From the IMG/VR virus record IMGVR_UViG_3300009129_001428, positions 1 to 64,000 of that record: a stretch of 64,000 nt of DNA. One strand, written 5' to 3'. Numbering within the stretch: the first letter of the stretch is position 1; each line of letters opens with the position of its first letter. Under the pieces are notes generated by a model that searched no databases, was not told the origin of the DNA, and was given only the letters and a program-made list of their open reading frames with translations. Shown in pieces: positions 9,518-17,506 of the stretch. The stretch comes from a virus (taxonomy: Duplodnaviria > Caudoviricetes). Both the position numbers and the translations under genes were made by a program.

Positions 9518-10273
9518 TTAATTCTCCAAGCAGTATGACCAGTAACGACTATTGCGCTTGCCTTGAACCTTATTCCAATACAATTCTCGTACAACTCCAT
9601 AGCCTAGACCATGTTCATCACATTTGTCAATCCATTTCTGCTCCATCTCTTCATACTTGACGAGAGAAGGACTTTCCTTCTTGTCCCAACCAAGAAAACG
9701 CAAGAGGTGAACATCTAGACAACATACGGATGCCTCAACTGGAAAGCTCAAATTAAGAACAAAAGAAGTCTTTGCTAATCCAATTCCATAAGTATCTTTA
9801 GCAAGTCTATTCCGACATTCCTGCCAAGTTTCATTGTTTTTCTTATAAAACTGCTTTGGGTTTGCCCGAAACTTACGAGTGAAATCCCAAAGTGCTTTAT
9901 AGCGCATACTGGTCAAGCCCAACGAGCTATCTTGAATCATCTCCAGCAAACGCTCCTTTGAAAGAGTCCAAGAAAGGTCTTGAGTTAAAATATTATATCC
10001 CTTGACGTTATTCTCCCAAGTCGTATGAATGCTACAAAAAGCAAACACCCAACGCTTAAAATAATCTACATCATTTTTTACTTTAATGCCTTCCCAATAA
10101 TCTGTACCTTCCTTAACCTTGCCGTAGGTCAAGTCATTGATAAAAGAATCAAGGGTCAGTTCCTTCTTTTTGCGAACAGGTCGAAACTCCTCAAAAGGAA
10201 CAACAAGTTGCTCCTGCAATTTCGGGTCAACGAACAGCGAATCCATAATTTTTGCGTAATTCATGCCAACCAT
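9518..10273 (-). CDS. HhH-GPD superfamily DNA glycosylase (Ogg2-like)
   Basis: CRNRLAKDTYGIGLAKTSFVL helix-hairpin-helix and VCCLDVHLLRFLG with the conserved Asp; start may be ATG 10264. Confidence 0.75.
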   Translation of the reverse strand: MVGMNYAKIMDSLFVDPKLQEQLVVPFEEFRPVRKKKELTLDSFINDLTYGKVKEGTDYWEGIKVKNDVDYFKRWVFAFCSIHTTWENNVKGYNILTQDLSWTLSKERLLEMIQDSSLGLTSMRYKALWDFTRKFRANPKQFYKKNNETWQECRNRLAKDTYGIGLAKTSFVLNLSFPVEASVCCLDVHLLRFLGWDKKESPSLVKYEEMEQKWIDKCDEHGLGYGVVRELYWNKVQGKRNSRYWSYCLEN

Positions 10274-10342
10274 TCAAGTGATTTCTGGCGAAAGGTCAAG
10301 AAAAAAAAGAAAAAAAGTCTCCAGACCGCTGATAGAGCCAAC

Positions 10343-10525
10343 TCACTCCTCCTCTAAATGTCGCAACCATTCGGGGATAGTATGCTCTTCAAGGTATTTT
10401 CGGTCAATTGTGGTGGAAAAATGGAGCTTGCCATCAACGTAAACGTCCCAACATTCTTTATTGTACGAGGATTTATCTGCGGTATTCCCGCATCTTGGAT
10501 AGGAAGGTTTTATTTCTATTTTCAT
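10343..10525 (-). CDS. Hypothetical protein
   Basis: 60 aa ORF (WDVYVDGKLHF). Confidence 0.55.
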   Translation of the reverse strand: MKIEIKPSYPRCGNTADKSSYNKECWDVYVDGKLHFSTTIDRKYLEEHTIPEWLRHLEEE

Positions 10526-10691
10526 TCTACAAAACTTTTTAGTATTTTAAGTTCGTTGAGTCCATTATCTTTAATGAACAGATTAATAAATTCAATTACT
10601 TGTGCTGGATGAAATTTTGCTACCTCTTCTCCAACTTCGATATATTTGCCATCTTTCCATGCTTCAATTAATTTTATGTAATTATAATTGC

Positions 10692-11039
10692 TCATCTTAC
10701 AAAATCAAAAGTTGTCGTAAGTCTTACCTCCCATTGAAACCAATTTTCCGTAAAACTATCCCATGCCGTAGGATATATTTGGGGATGAGTCCAAACCCAA
10801 CTATCAATCATTTCCCAATAAAACCAAATACCATTATTTGGGTCGAGAGAAGGATAAATCCACCCTTGCTTGTTGTGGTAAATCCATCCGCTCTCTGTCT
10901 CATAATACGCCCCAAGCCAATCTAAATACTTCCAGTTCGATTCAGTATTCTGCAATACGCTTGAAAGGTTGAGTGCATTTACATCCCATGTTCCACAAGC
11001 AATAAATGGCAAAAGTAATAACAATAGAATTTTTTTCAT
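10692..11039 (-). CDS. Putative lipoprotein made of a single Trp-rich domain resembling that of Opitutae secreted proteins
   Basis: Signal MKKILLLLLLPFIA-C; WKYLDWLG..GWIYH..GWIYP..GIWFY..WVWT..YP..W pattern. Confidence 0.7.
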   Translation of the reverse strand: MKKILLLLLLPFIACGTWDVNALNLSSVLQNTESNWKYLDWLGAYYETESGWIYHNKQGWIYPSLDPNNGIWFYWEMIDSWVWTHPQIYPTAWDSFTENWFQWEVRLTTTFDFVR

Positions 11040-11044
11040 AAAAC

Positions 11045-11119
11045 TGGTAGGGACAGAGGGAATCGAACCCCCATCTAAAGATTAGAAGTCTCTTGTTCTG
11101 TCCGTTGAACTATGCCCCC
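11045..11119 (-). tRNA. trnR: tRNA-Arg (anticodon UCU), CCA encoded
   Basis: GGGGGCA/TGTCCCT acceptor stem, D-arm AGTTCAACGGACAGAAC, anticodon loop CTTCTAA, T-loop GGTTCGATTCC, ends ACCA. Confidence 0.95.
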
Positions 11120-11120
11120 T

Positions 11121-11306
11121 TTAAAATAAAACTATTAAGAATATTAAAAAATTAATAAACAGGACTCCTGCCAAGAGTCCAAATAAAAGATTGGTTCCTG
11201 CATATTCAGCATTGGGGCATCTATATTTAAGGTTATTATTATATTTTTGTTTAGGTGACTCTGGTTCAACGTCAAAGCGGTCTTTTTTATAATTCCATTT
11301 TAACAT
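11121..11306 (-). CDS. Small membrane protein
   Basis: C-terminal hydrophobic helix; AGTGTAA motif 8 nt upstream of ATG. Confidence 0.6.
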   Translation of the reverse strand: MLKWNYKKDRFDVEPESPKQKYNNNLKYRCPNAEYAGTNLLFGLLAGVLFINFLIFLIVLF

Positions 11307-11324
11307 ATATATTATTACACTTGC

Positions 11325-11798
11325 CTAGCCTCCGCAAGCTACATAGTCAAATATTACTGGCTTGTCATCTATCCATCCTACGTTTTCTGGGTGAACATCA
11401 AATAGCTCACAATAATCTTTGCCTAGTCTTTCTTCTAAAAACTTATATGCTTTATTTTTCTTATTTCTCTTTGCTTTGGGCTGAATACAGATGCATTTAC
11501 ATTTGTAGTACGGCTTTACGCAATATTTGGTTAATTTAAATCTCTTGTCTTCTCTATCATCAATGGAACCAGTATGGTAAATCTTTACTACAAAGTCAAT
11601 ACTTTTCTTTGAGAATACTAATTTATACGCTCCCTCGCCAATACATTCAAAATTTTGTGCTTCTAACTTTTCTATAAATGTTTCCTTCGCTAATGTAAAA
11701 TCTATTCCATTGCTTACGTTGTTCAAGTCCCATGTAAGGGCATCGTCTTTGCATTGTCGCCATAGGTTAAGAATCTTCTCTGCTTTGTGATTGTTCAT
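11325..11798 (-). CDS. Minimal protein-kinase-like fold protein
   Basis: IGEGAYKLVF Gly loop, VVKI Lys, DVHPEN catalytic loop, VIFDY (DFG-equivalent). Confidence 0.7.
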   Translation of the reverse strand: MNNHKAEKILNLWRQCKDDALTWDLNNVSNGIDFTLAKETFIEKLEAQNFECIGEGAYKLVFSKKSIDFVVKIYHTGSIDDREDKRFKLTKYCVKPYYKCKCICIQPKAKRNKKNKAYKFLEERLGKDYCELFDVHPENVGWIDDKPVIFDYVACGG

Positions 11799-11964
11799 TA
11801 TTTGATTGATTAATTATTTGTTTCAAAATACCTTGGATTGTCGCCTCCTCAAGAGGAAGCGCATATAGGTCATGCTCCATTTCTTCTGCGAGTTGCTTGA
11901 CCATTTCGAGGTCAAACTCATCAAGAATAATCTTATACTGCTTGACTATAAGTTTGTCTCGCAT
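11767..11964 (-). CDS. Hypothetical protein
   Basis: 65 aa ORF overlapping both neighbours. Confidence 0.5.
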   Translation of the reverse strand: MRDKLIVKQYKIILDEFDLEMVKQLAEEMEHDLYALPLEEATIQGILKQIINQSNNEQSQSREDS

Positions 11965-12316
11965 TTTGTTTCCTTCGATTATATTCTAAAGCCTGTTCCA
12001 TCCAACGCTCAACAGGTTTCAACGCCTCAAGCATTTCGTGCCACTTATCTAAAGTAAATGCTCCAGAGCAACAGGTATTAAACCAATGTATTTGATCGCC
12101 ATTCCATGAATTTTCTAGCATTAAAGTTTGTGGATAATTATATGCTCCATATTCTTTAATCCAACACCTTATAGAAGGAAAGCCATTCTCTGTTACATAA
12201 AGAACCTTTACAATAATTCCTTCTGGAAACTCACTTGTTCTAGTGCTTGCCTTTAATATTTGAGAGTTGAGGGGTTGTCCTTCAATTCGTTTATTATTTA
12301 ATAGATATATATTCAT
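11933..12316 (-). CDS. Hypothetical protein
   Basis: 127 aa ORF coupled to the upstream stop. Confidence 0.6.
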   Translation of the reverse strand: MNIYLLNNKRIEGQPLNSQILKASTRTSEFPEGIIVKVLYVTENGFPSIRCWIKEYGAYNYPQTLMLENSWNGDQIHWFNTCCSGAFTLDKWHEMLEALKPVERWMEQALEYNRRKQNARQTYSQAV

Positions 12317-12516
12317 TATTCACAACTTTCTGGCGTTTCTGTTCTACCGATTTGTTCGATATAATTTATTTCTGCATTCTCTACCCATGCTGGAGAAACT
12401 TCAAAGTCTTCTTCAAGAGCTTTTAAAGCTATCTCATTTGCTTCATGCTCTGACTCTGCATCCACATAATATGTGCGAAAGGTTGATGAGGTAAATTCTA
12501 CTTCATAGGTTTTCAT
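12316..12516 (-). CDS. Small acidic phage protein (DpnD/PcfM-like pattern)
   Basis: KTYEVEF...YYVDAESEHEANEIA; similar to the adjacent 12518..12880 N-terminus (KYKVAW...VEIEAVSEAHAVQ). Confidence 0.55.
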   Translation of the reverse strand: MKTYEVEFTSSTFRTYYVDAESEHEANEIALKALEEDFEVSPAWVENAEINYIEQIGRTETPESCE

Positions 12517-12517
12517 G

Positions 12518-12880
12518 TTACATTAAGTCTTGTAGGTTATCGGTTGGATTATCTTTATTAAATTTATCTAGCCGTTCTTGCTCTTTATTTACGTGATGCG
12601 CTCCATCGAAATCTGTAGGGAATCTCTTATATCCCATTTTTTCAGCTTGAGCTAATAAATCTTCAGCCATTTCAGTAACAATGCTATTAACTTCTGCTCC
12701 CATGCCCACTTCTTCAACTACTTCTACATAGTCGTACTTGGGATCATATTGCATACTGCCTTCATAACCTCCCATTTCATCTTCGACCCTCTGAACTGCA
12801 TGAGCTTCCGATACCGCTTCTATTTCTACTTCACCAGAAACATGATAGGTTTTACTCCATGCTACTTTATATTTACTCAT
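12518..12880 (-). CDS. Hypothetical protein, N-terminus similar to 12316..12516
   Basis: KYKVAWSKTYHVSGEVEIEAVSEAHA. Confidence 0.6.
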   Translation of the reverse strand: MSKYKVAWSKTYHVSGEVEIEAVSEAHAVQRVEDEMGGYEGSMQYDPKYDYVEVVEEVGMGAEVNSIVTEMAEDLLAQAEKMGYKRFPTDFDGAHHVNKEQERLDKFNKDNPTDNLQDLM

Positions 12881-13079
12881 TATCTTCTTTGTGTAAAATT
12901 ACATTTACTTCAACATTTTCCTCGTCCTCCGCAGGAAATACCCATTCAAATGACTTGCCTTCAAATAACATTTCGTGCAGTTCATGCTCGTCAACAGGGA
13001 TTGTGATATTATAACTTTTACTCATATTTATATTTCTCTATTTTATCGACACGTTTTAAATATATGTTGATTGAATAAA

Positions 13080-13379
13080 CTAATTTTTATCCTCCCAATT
13101 GCGGTATTCGTTTATAGCTTCGGAAATTAATTCCATTGCTTCTTCAAGAATCTTTCTCTCGTTCTCAAGAGCGACCTCCCCAAACCCCTCGGTATGTGGA
13201 GATAGCGACCTCTGCAAATGCCTAATAAGAACTATTGATTTAGTAAAGCCTGACAGGAGTCCCTGTTCATATTCTTTACTTGGCGAATATGCAGATGACA
13301 AATCCAAGTAGTCATTAATATCGACTTCTCCATCATCAAAAATTTTGTCTAATTCTTTACTTGTCTTATTTCTCCCCAT
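13080..13379 (-). CDS. Protein with a BrnA/CopG-antitoxin-like N-terminal segment
   Basis: SKELDKIFDDGEVDINDYLDLSSAYSP resembles, from memory, the antitoxin pattern AKEFDKKFDEGEDITPYLDLSKARRP. Confidence 0.55.
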   Translation of the reverse strand: MGRNKTSKELDKIFDDGEVDINDYLDLSSAYSPSKEYEQGLLSGFTKSIVLIRHLQRSLSPHTEGFGEVALENERKILEEAMELISEAINEYRNWEDKN

Positions 13380-13591
13380 TATATGGCTCCTTCTTCTCTT
13401 TGTTTATTTAATGAAATTAATGTTTCCATGTTTTCTTCAAATTCTTCTCTCATTGTTTGCCTATCGTAGACTCGTTTGCCGTCCGTGTCAACAGAATAAT
13501 ACGCATGAACGTAAAATGCTTCCTCGTTGTGGAGCATCCAAAGAATTTCTTGATTTTCTTGTTCGATTAACTTTTCTACGGCTCTACTCAT
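13379..13591 (-). CDS. Hypothetical protein
   Basis: Coupled stop/start on both sides. Confidence 0.6.
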   Translation of the reverse strand: MSRAVEKLIEQENQEILWMLHNEEAFYVHAYYSVDTDGKRVYDRQTMREEFEENMETLISLNKQREEGAI

Positions 13592-13893
13592 TATTTATCC
13601 TCCTCTTTAAGAAAAGAGTCTAGGTCTTTTATTTCAATAAGCCCTTCGCTCTCATCATAGAATGGCGCAAACTTTATTTGATCTCCCTCAAGAACATCAT
13701 CTTTGCATCTATTTACATCGTTGGTCATCATTTCTAATGTCTCTTGTATTTCTTCTACTGAAGCACCGACAATAGTAGGGACTTCATCGTGACCGCAAAC
13801 TTCGCCTTCCTCATTGTAAAATGTCTCATACAAGCCATAATCATATTCATGGTTGTCCTCCATAGGAAATTTAATTATTCTATAGTTCCACAT
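13591..13893 (-). CDS. Conserved hypothetical phage protein
   Basis: MWNYRII...YETFYNEEG...GASVEEIQETLEMM pattern recalled from environmental phages. Confidence 0.7.
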   Translation of the reverse strand: MWNYRIIKFPMEDNHEYDYGLYETFYNEEGEVCGHDEVPTIVGASVEEIQETLEMMTNDVNRCKDDVLEGDQIKFAPFYDESEGLIEIKDLDSFLKEEDK

Positions 13894-13894
13894 T

Positions 13895-14155
13895 TTATTC
13901 TTCGTAATTAATTTTAATATTTTTATTTTCTATTAAACCTCCATAAAACCACTTCCACCATTCGACAACTTCTTCTTTGGCAATATCATCTTTAAAGAGA
14001 TGGAGGTAGGGCTTTATTTCAGCGTATATTTCACTATATTTTTTAATATTGAAGCCAGAAAGGCTGGTTAGATATTCAAGCTCTTCCTCCCACTTTTTTA
14101 AATTTTCTTCGCAGTAAACTTTGTGCCACTTTTCTTGCATTTCTTTGTTAGTCAT
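13895..14155 (-). CDS. Hypothetical protein
   Basis: 86 aa ORF abutting neighbours. Confidence 0.6.
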   Translation of the reverse strand: MTNKEMQEKWHKVYCEENLKKWEEELEYLTSLSGFNIKKYSEIYAEIKPYLHLFKDDIAKEEVVEWWKWFYGGLIENKNIKINYEE

Positions 14156-14399
14156 TCTCTTCTGCTGATAGCCTTTCGTCTTGTCCTAATAGAGCATCCC
14201 TTTCTCTTTCTTCTATATGGTCATAAGGGTCATGCTCTTTTAAAGCGAAATTAATTTCTTGTTGAGCTAAATCCCATGCGTGAGCTTCGCTTGTATCTTC
14301 ACACTCTTCGTTAAAAAATTCCCATATTTCAATCGCTCGACTACGAGGGAGCTTCTTCGCTTGAACTAATTGTTGGAGATATATTTTCATTTCAGTCAT
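14148..14399 (-). CDS. Hypothetical protein
   Basis: 83 aa ORF with SD-like AGAGGA upstream. Confidence 0.6.
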   Translation of the reverse strand: MTEMKIYLQQLVQAKKLPRSRAIEIWEFFNEECEDTSEAHAWDLAQQEINFALKEHDPYDHIEERERDALLGQDERLSAEEND

Positions 14400-14423
14400 A
14401 ATTTATATCCTCTATTAAATAGA

Positions 14424-15356
14424 TTACTCCACCAATGTCAAGACTTTTTTCCCGTGATGGGTGATTTTTCTCTTGCCGTCAATCTCCATGAAGTTTTTCT
14501 TGAGCAAGTAAAGCTCATGGTCACGCTGGAGAGCCGTCTTGCTCAAGCCTGTTGATGCCGAAAGCATGGCAAGGGTGGACGCTCCTCGCTCTGCAAGAAT
14601 CTCTAAAATTTGTTTTTCTGTGCAACTAATTCCATGAGGAAGGATGCCCAGAACTTCACAAAACTTTTTATACGATTCTCCGTCAAATACTGGGCTATTC
14701 TCTGCCTCGCAATATAACATGATTTCTTTTGCTCTCATTACTGCGCTTCTTGCATTGCCTCTCGTTGTCTTTGCTATGTGATACAACGCATCAGTAGTAA
14801 ATTGAACATCGGGAATCCTTCCATGTAATATTTCGCCTAACTCGCTATACTCATAAGGCTCAAAGTCGATTGTCGTAAGCCTGTCCTTGAGCGGAGGGAA
14901 TAATTTATCACTCTCTGTTGTTGCAAATAAAAATGTCTGCTTACTGAAATCAAAGTTAAATACTTGTTGTTCCCAAGTAAATTCTTTTAAATGGCTTTTC
15001 TCTGTATTAAAGATAGTAAGGAAAGCATTAGTCAGGTCTTTGGGTAAGGCGTGAGCCTCGTCAAACAATATAGTGACTTCGTTATTTGCAATAAGGGGCA
15101 AGAATATTTGCTCAAAAAATGCTTCATTATTTTTTATGGTCGAACAATTAAGCTCAAGAAATGGTCTTGGGCTTCCATCTATATTTGTAAGATTAGACGC
15201 AAAAGCCTTGGCAAATTCAGTCTTCCCTAACCCTTTGGCTCCTACAAAATTTAAAAAAGGACAAATACTTGTCTTATTAAACGCCTTTAAATAAAATTCT
15301 AGTTTGCGCTTAACATTGCTTTGCCCAACTAAACCTTCAAAAATATCATTACTCAT
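14424..15356 (-). CDS. ruvB: RuvB-like AAA+ Holliday junction branch migration ATPase
   Basis: Walker A GAKGLGKT, Walker B ILFDEAH, ATTESDKLFPPLKDRL, RGNARSA, C-terminal winged helix ending ELYLLKKNFMEIDGKRKIT. Confidence 0.85.
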   Translation of the reverse strand: MSNDIFEGLVGQSNVKRKLEFYLKAFNKTSICPFLNFVGAKGLGKTEFAKAFASNLTNIDGSPRPFLELNCSTIKNNEAFFEQIFLPLIANNEVTILFDEAHALPKDLTNAFLTIFNTEKSHLKEFTWEQQVFNFDFSKQTFLFATTESDKLFPPLKDRLTTIDFEPYEYSELGEILHGRIPDVQFTTDALYHIAKTTRGNARSAVMRAKEIMLYCEAENSPVFDGESYKKFCEVLGILPHGISCTEKQILEILAERGASTLAMLSASTGLSKTALQRDHELYLLKKNFMEIDGKRKITHHGKKVLTLVE

Positions 15357-15561
15357 TATTAAACTCCGTTAATTTATATTCTATTTGTGGAACTTCCTGC
15401 TCTTCTTCGCTTTCTGCTTGCGCTTCAGATACAAAAGTATAGCCTAGAGAATCTAGCCAACTTTTTTTAACAGGTACGATTCCCTTTGCGCCAATATACT
15501 GACCTAGCTCTTCGTAGGTAAGCACATGATAGACTGCTGGTCTGCCTTGTTTTTTTATCAT
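15349..15561 (-). CDS. Hypothetical protein
   Basis: ATG 6 nt after TTGACA-17-TTTAAT (15568-15596). Confidence 0.6.
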   Translation of the reverse strand: MIKKQGRPAVYHVLTYEELGQYIGAKGIVPVKKSWLDSLGYTFVSEAQAESEEEQEVPQIEYKLTEFNNE

Positions 15562-15604
15562 CCCACAATTAAATGGGATTTTTTAAAAAATGTCAAGCCC
15601 TAAA

Positions 15605-15742
15605 TTAAAAAAAGGCTAATCGGGAGACGGCAACACACAGCGCAACGGAGTAGGCGCAGAGAAGAAAGCCATACAAGAAAAAGAATACAATTACTCCTGC
15701 GGTGGAGGTTTCGGTTTTAATGTTTCGCTTGGTCTTTGCCAT
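15605..15742 (-). CDS. Small membrane protein (45 aa, MAKTKR...), not in the ORF track
   Basis: MAKTKRNIKTETSTAGVIVFFFLYGFLLCAYSVALCVAVSRLAFF; TAATG coupling with the upstream stop. Confidence 0.6.
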   Translation of the reverse strand: MAKTKRNIKTETSTAGVIVFFFLYGFLLCAYSVALCVAVSRLAFF

Positions 15743-15972
15743 TATTTGTATTTTTTTAAATCTATTTCAAGCTCATCACACACTTGTTGGAATAATTCTA
15801 TAAATTGAGGATTTGATGACATTGATGCGGTTGCAGTAAGTATATTTATAATTACTTGTATGTATTTAGCGTATCTACATGGTAGAGGGCATTGCCTTTC
15901 TGTCCAGCCAGTTTTGATATATTGCTTTAGGCAATCTATTAATTCATATTTAGAGATAAATTCTTCTGGCAT
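15742..15972 (-). CDS. Hypothetical protein
   Basis: Start refined to MPEEF (ATG 15972) to avoid overlapping kdsA. Confidence 0.55.
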   Translation of the reverse strand: MPEEFISKYELIDCLKQYIKTGWTERQCPLPCRYAKYIQVIINILTATASMSSNPQFIELFQQVCDELEIDLKKYK

Positions 15973-15983
15973 TATTTTATTTT

Positions 15984-16808
15984 TCAATCTGCCATTGGCT
16001 GAAGCACTAACCGACCCTTTGTAAATAGCCAAAGTCTAATACATTCTTCTATTAAACTAGAAAAGTTTTTAAGTGGTAACTGGCTATCTTTGTCGGAAAT
16101 TGCTTTTTGTGGGTTCGGATGAGTTTCTAAAAATAAACCATCTGCGCCTGCTGAAATTGCAGATTTAGCAATTATTGGTAAAAACTCTATTTGCCCAGAA
16201 CTTTGTTCTCCATTTGCAGATGGCAATTGTATTCCGTGAGAGGCATCTATTATGACTGGACAACCAGTTTTTTTCATAATAGGTATAGAACGCATATCAA
16301 CCACTAAATTACCATAACCAAATGTTGTGCCTCTTTCAGTTATCCAAGTTTCTACTTTTTTTTCAGACAAGACCTTATTAACTGCGTGTTGCATATCTGA
16401 AGGCGCAAGGAATTGACCTTTTTTAATATTTATTACCTTGTCCGTCTTCGCGCAAGCCAGTAAGATGTCTGTCTGACGGCATAAAAAAGCAGGGATCTGT
16501 AATACATCACAAACACTTGATGCTAGATTTGCTTGTTCAGCATTATGAATATCTGTAATAACTGGTAAACTAAAATTATTTTTAACTTCAGCAAGCCAAG
16601 CAAGTCCTTTAACAATTCCCGCTCCTCGTTGGCTATTTTTAGACGTTCTATTTGCTTTATCAAAAGAACCTTTAAAAACAGATATTAATGTATCTTTATA
16701 TTTATCTTGAGTCTCTGCAATTTTTTCAGCAGTTCGTAATGTAATATCTCTAGTTTCCAGAGAACAGGTTCCAGCAATTAATAAAAATTTGTTATTATCA
16801 AATAGCAT
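15984..16808 (-). CDS. kdsA: 3-deoxy-D-manno-octulosonate 8-phosphate (KDO8P) synthase, metal-dependent type
   Basis: IAGTCSLE, KGSFDKANRTS, QIPAFLCRQT, KKGQF, ERGTTFGYGNLVVD, DASH, ETHP..AISD. Confidence 0.96.
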   Translation of the reverse strand: MLFDNNKFLLIAGTCSLETRDITLRTAEKIAETQDKYKDTLISVFKGSFDKANRTSKNSQRGAGIVKGLAWLAEVKNNFSLPVITDIHNAEQANLASSVCDVLQIPAFLCRQTDILLACAKTDKVINIKKGQFLAPSDMQHAVNKVLSEKKVETWITERGTTFGYGNLVVDMRSIPIMKKTGCPVIIDASHGIQLPSANGEQSSGQIEFLPIIAKSAISAGADGLFLETHPNPQKAISDKDSQLPLKNFSSLIEECIRLWLFTKGRLVLQPMAD

Positions 16809-16834
16809 TTAATATTAATAAATAATGATCGCTC

Positions 16835-17008
16835 CTATCGTTGCCGAGGCTCCGTGGTCGTATTTGACTGGCTTCCGCTTGGTTTTTGCCATTTTATTTT
16901 ATTGTAATTTTTTTGAAATTGATTAAGGCTTGTTATACGGCTCTTATCTCCTTTGCCGTTTTGCCCGTTATTATTTGGGCTACATTTGTTAGAACCGCAG
17001 TTTTTCAT
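16835..17008 (-). CDS. Small conserved phage protein (GKGDKxR...NY..IKW), not in the ORF track
   Basis: 57 aa, NGKGDKSRITSLNQFQKNYNKIKW. Confidence 0.6.
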   Translation of the reverse strand: MKNCGSNKCSPNNNGQNGKGDKSRITSLNQFQKNYNKIKWQKPSGSQSNTTTEPRQR

Positions 17009-17302
17009 AATATTAATGCCCTAATCCTTTGTTCTTTTTGTCAAAAACATATAACGCCAAGCCTGACAATAAAAGAAAAATAAAAACAGGAATTAAAATA
17101 ATAAATAAAATCCCGCAACAAATTGATTCAACGATTTTTTCGAGAAGTTTAATTTTTTTCATCTTTGAACTCTATCTCTATAAGGTCTTCTTTGGAGGGG
17201 TAACTTAATGGTAAATTAATCATATAATTAATTATTAATAAGGATATTAATGATAGAAAAATCATTACTCCTATCTTTATCGCCTCTTTATCTATCATTG
17301 GA

Positions 17303-17506
17303 TTATTTGAGATCTTCGTCTTCATCTACATCCCAAAAATCAGATTCAAAATCAAGCCCTACATCTGCGACTTGGTTTTGTAGGAGTTGTAAGACCCATA
17401 ATACATCGGTTCTTTCTAAATCAAACTCTTCTCCGAACCGATAAATTATTTTCTCAAGCTCTATATAAAGAGCATCAATTTGTTCTTCCCTCCTCATTAA
17501 AACCAT
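17303..17506 (-). CDS. Hypothetical acidic protein
   Basis: 67 aa ORF. Confidence 0.55.
   Translation of the reverse strand: MVLMRREEQIDALYIELEKIIYRFGEEFDLERTDVLWVLQLLQNQVADVGLDFESDFWDVDEDEDLK

Noticed and set aside
13248-13258. CCTGTCAGGCT copy matching the early-promoter -10 half
   Set aside because: Inside a coding region with no -35 at the expected spacing; likely chance.
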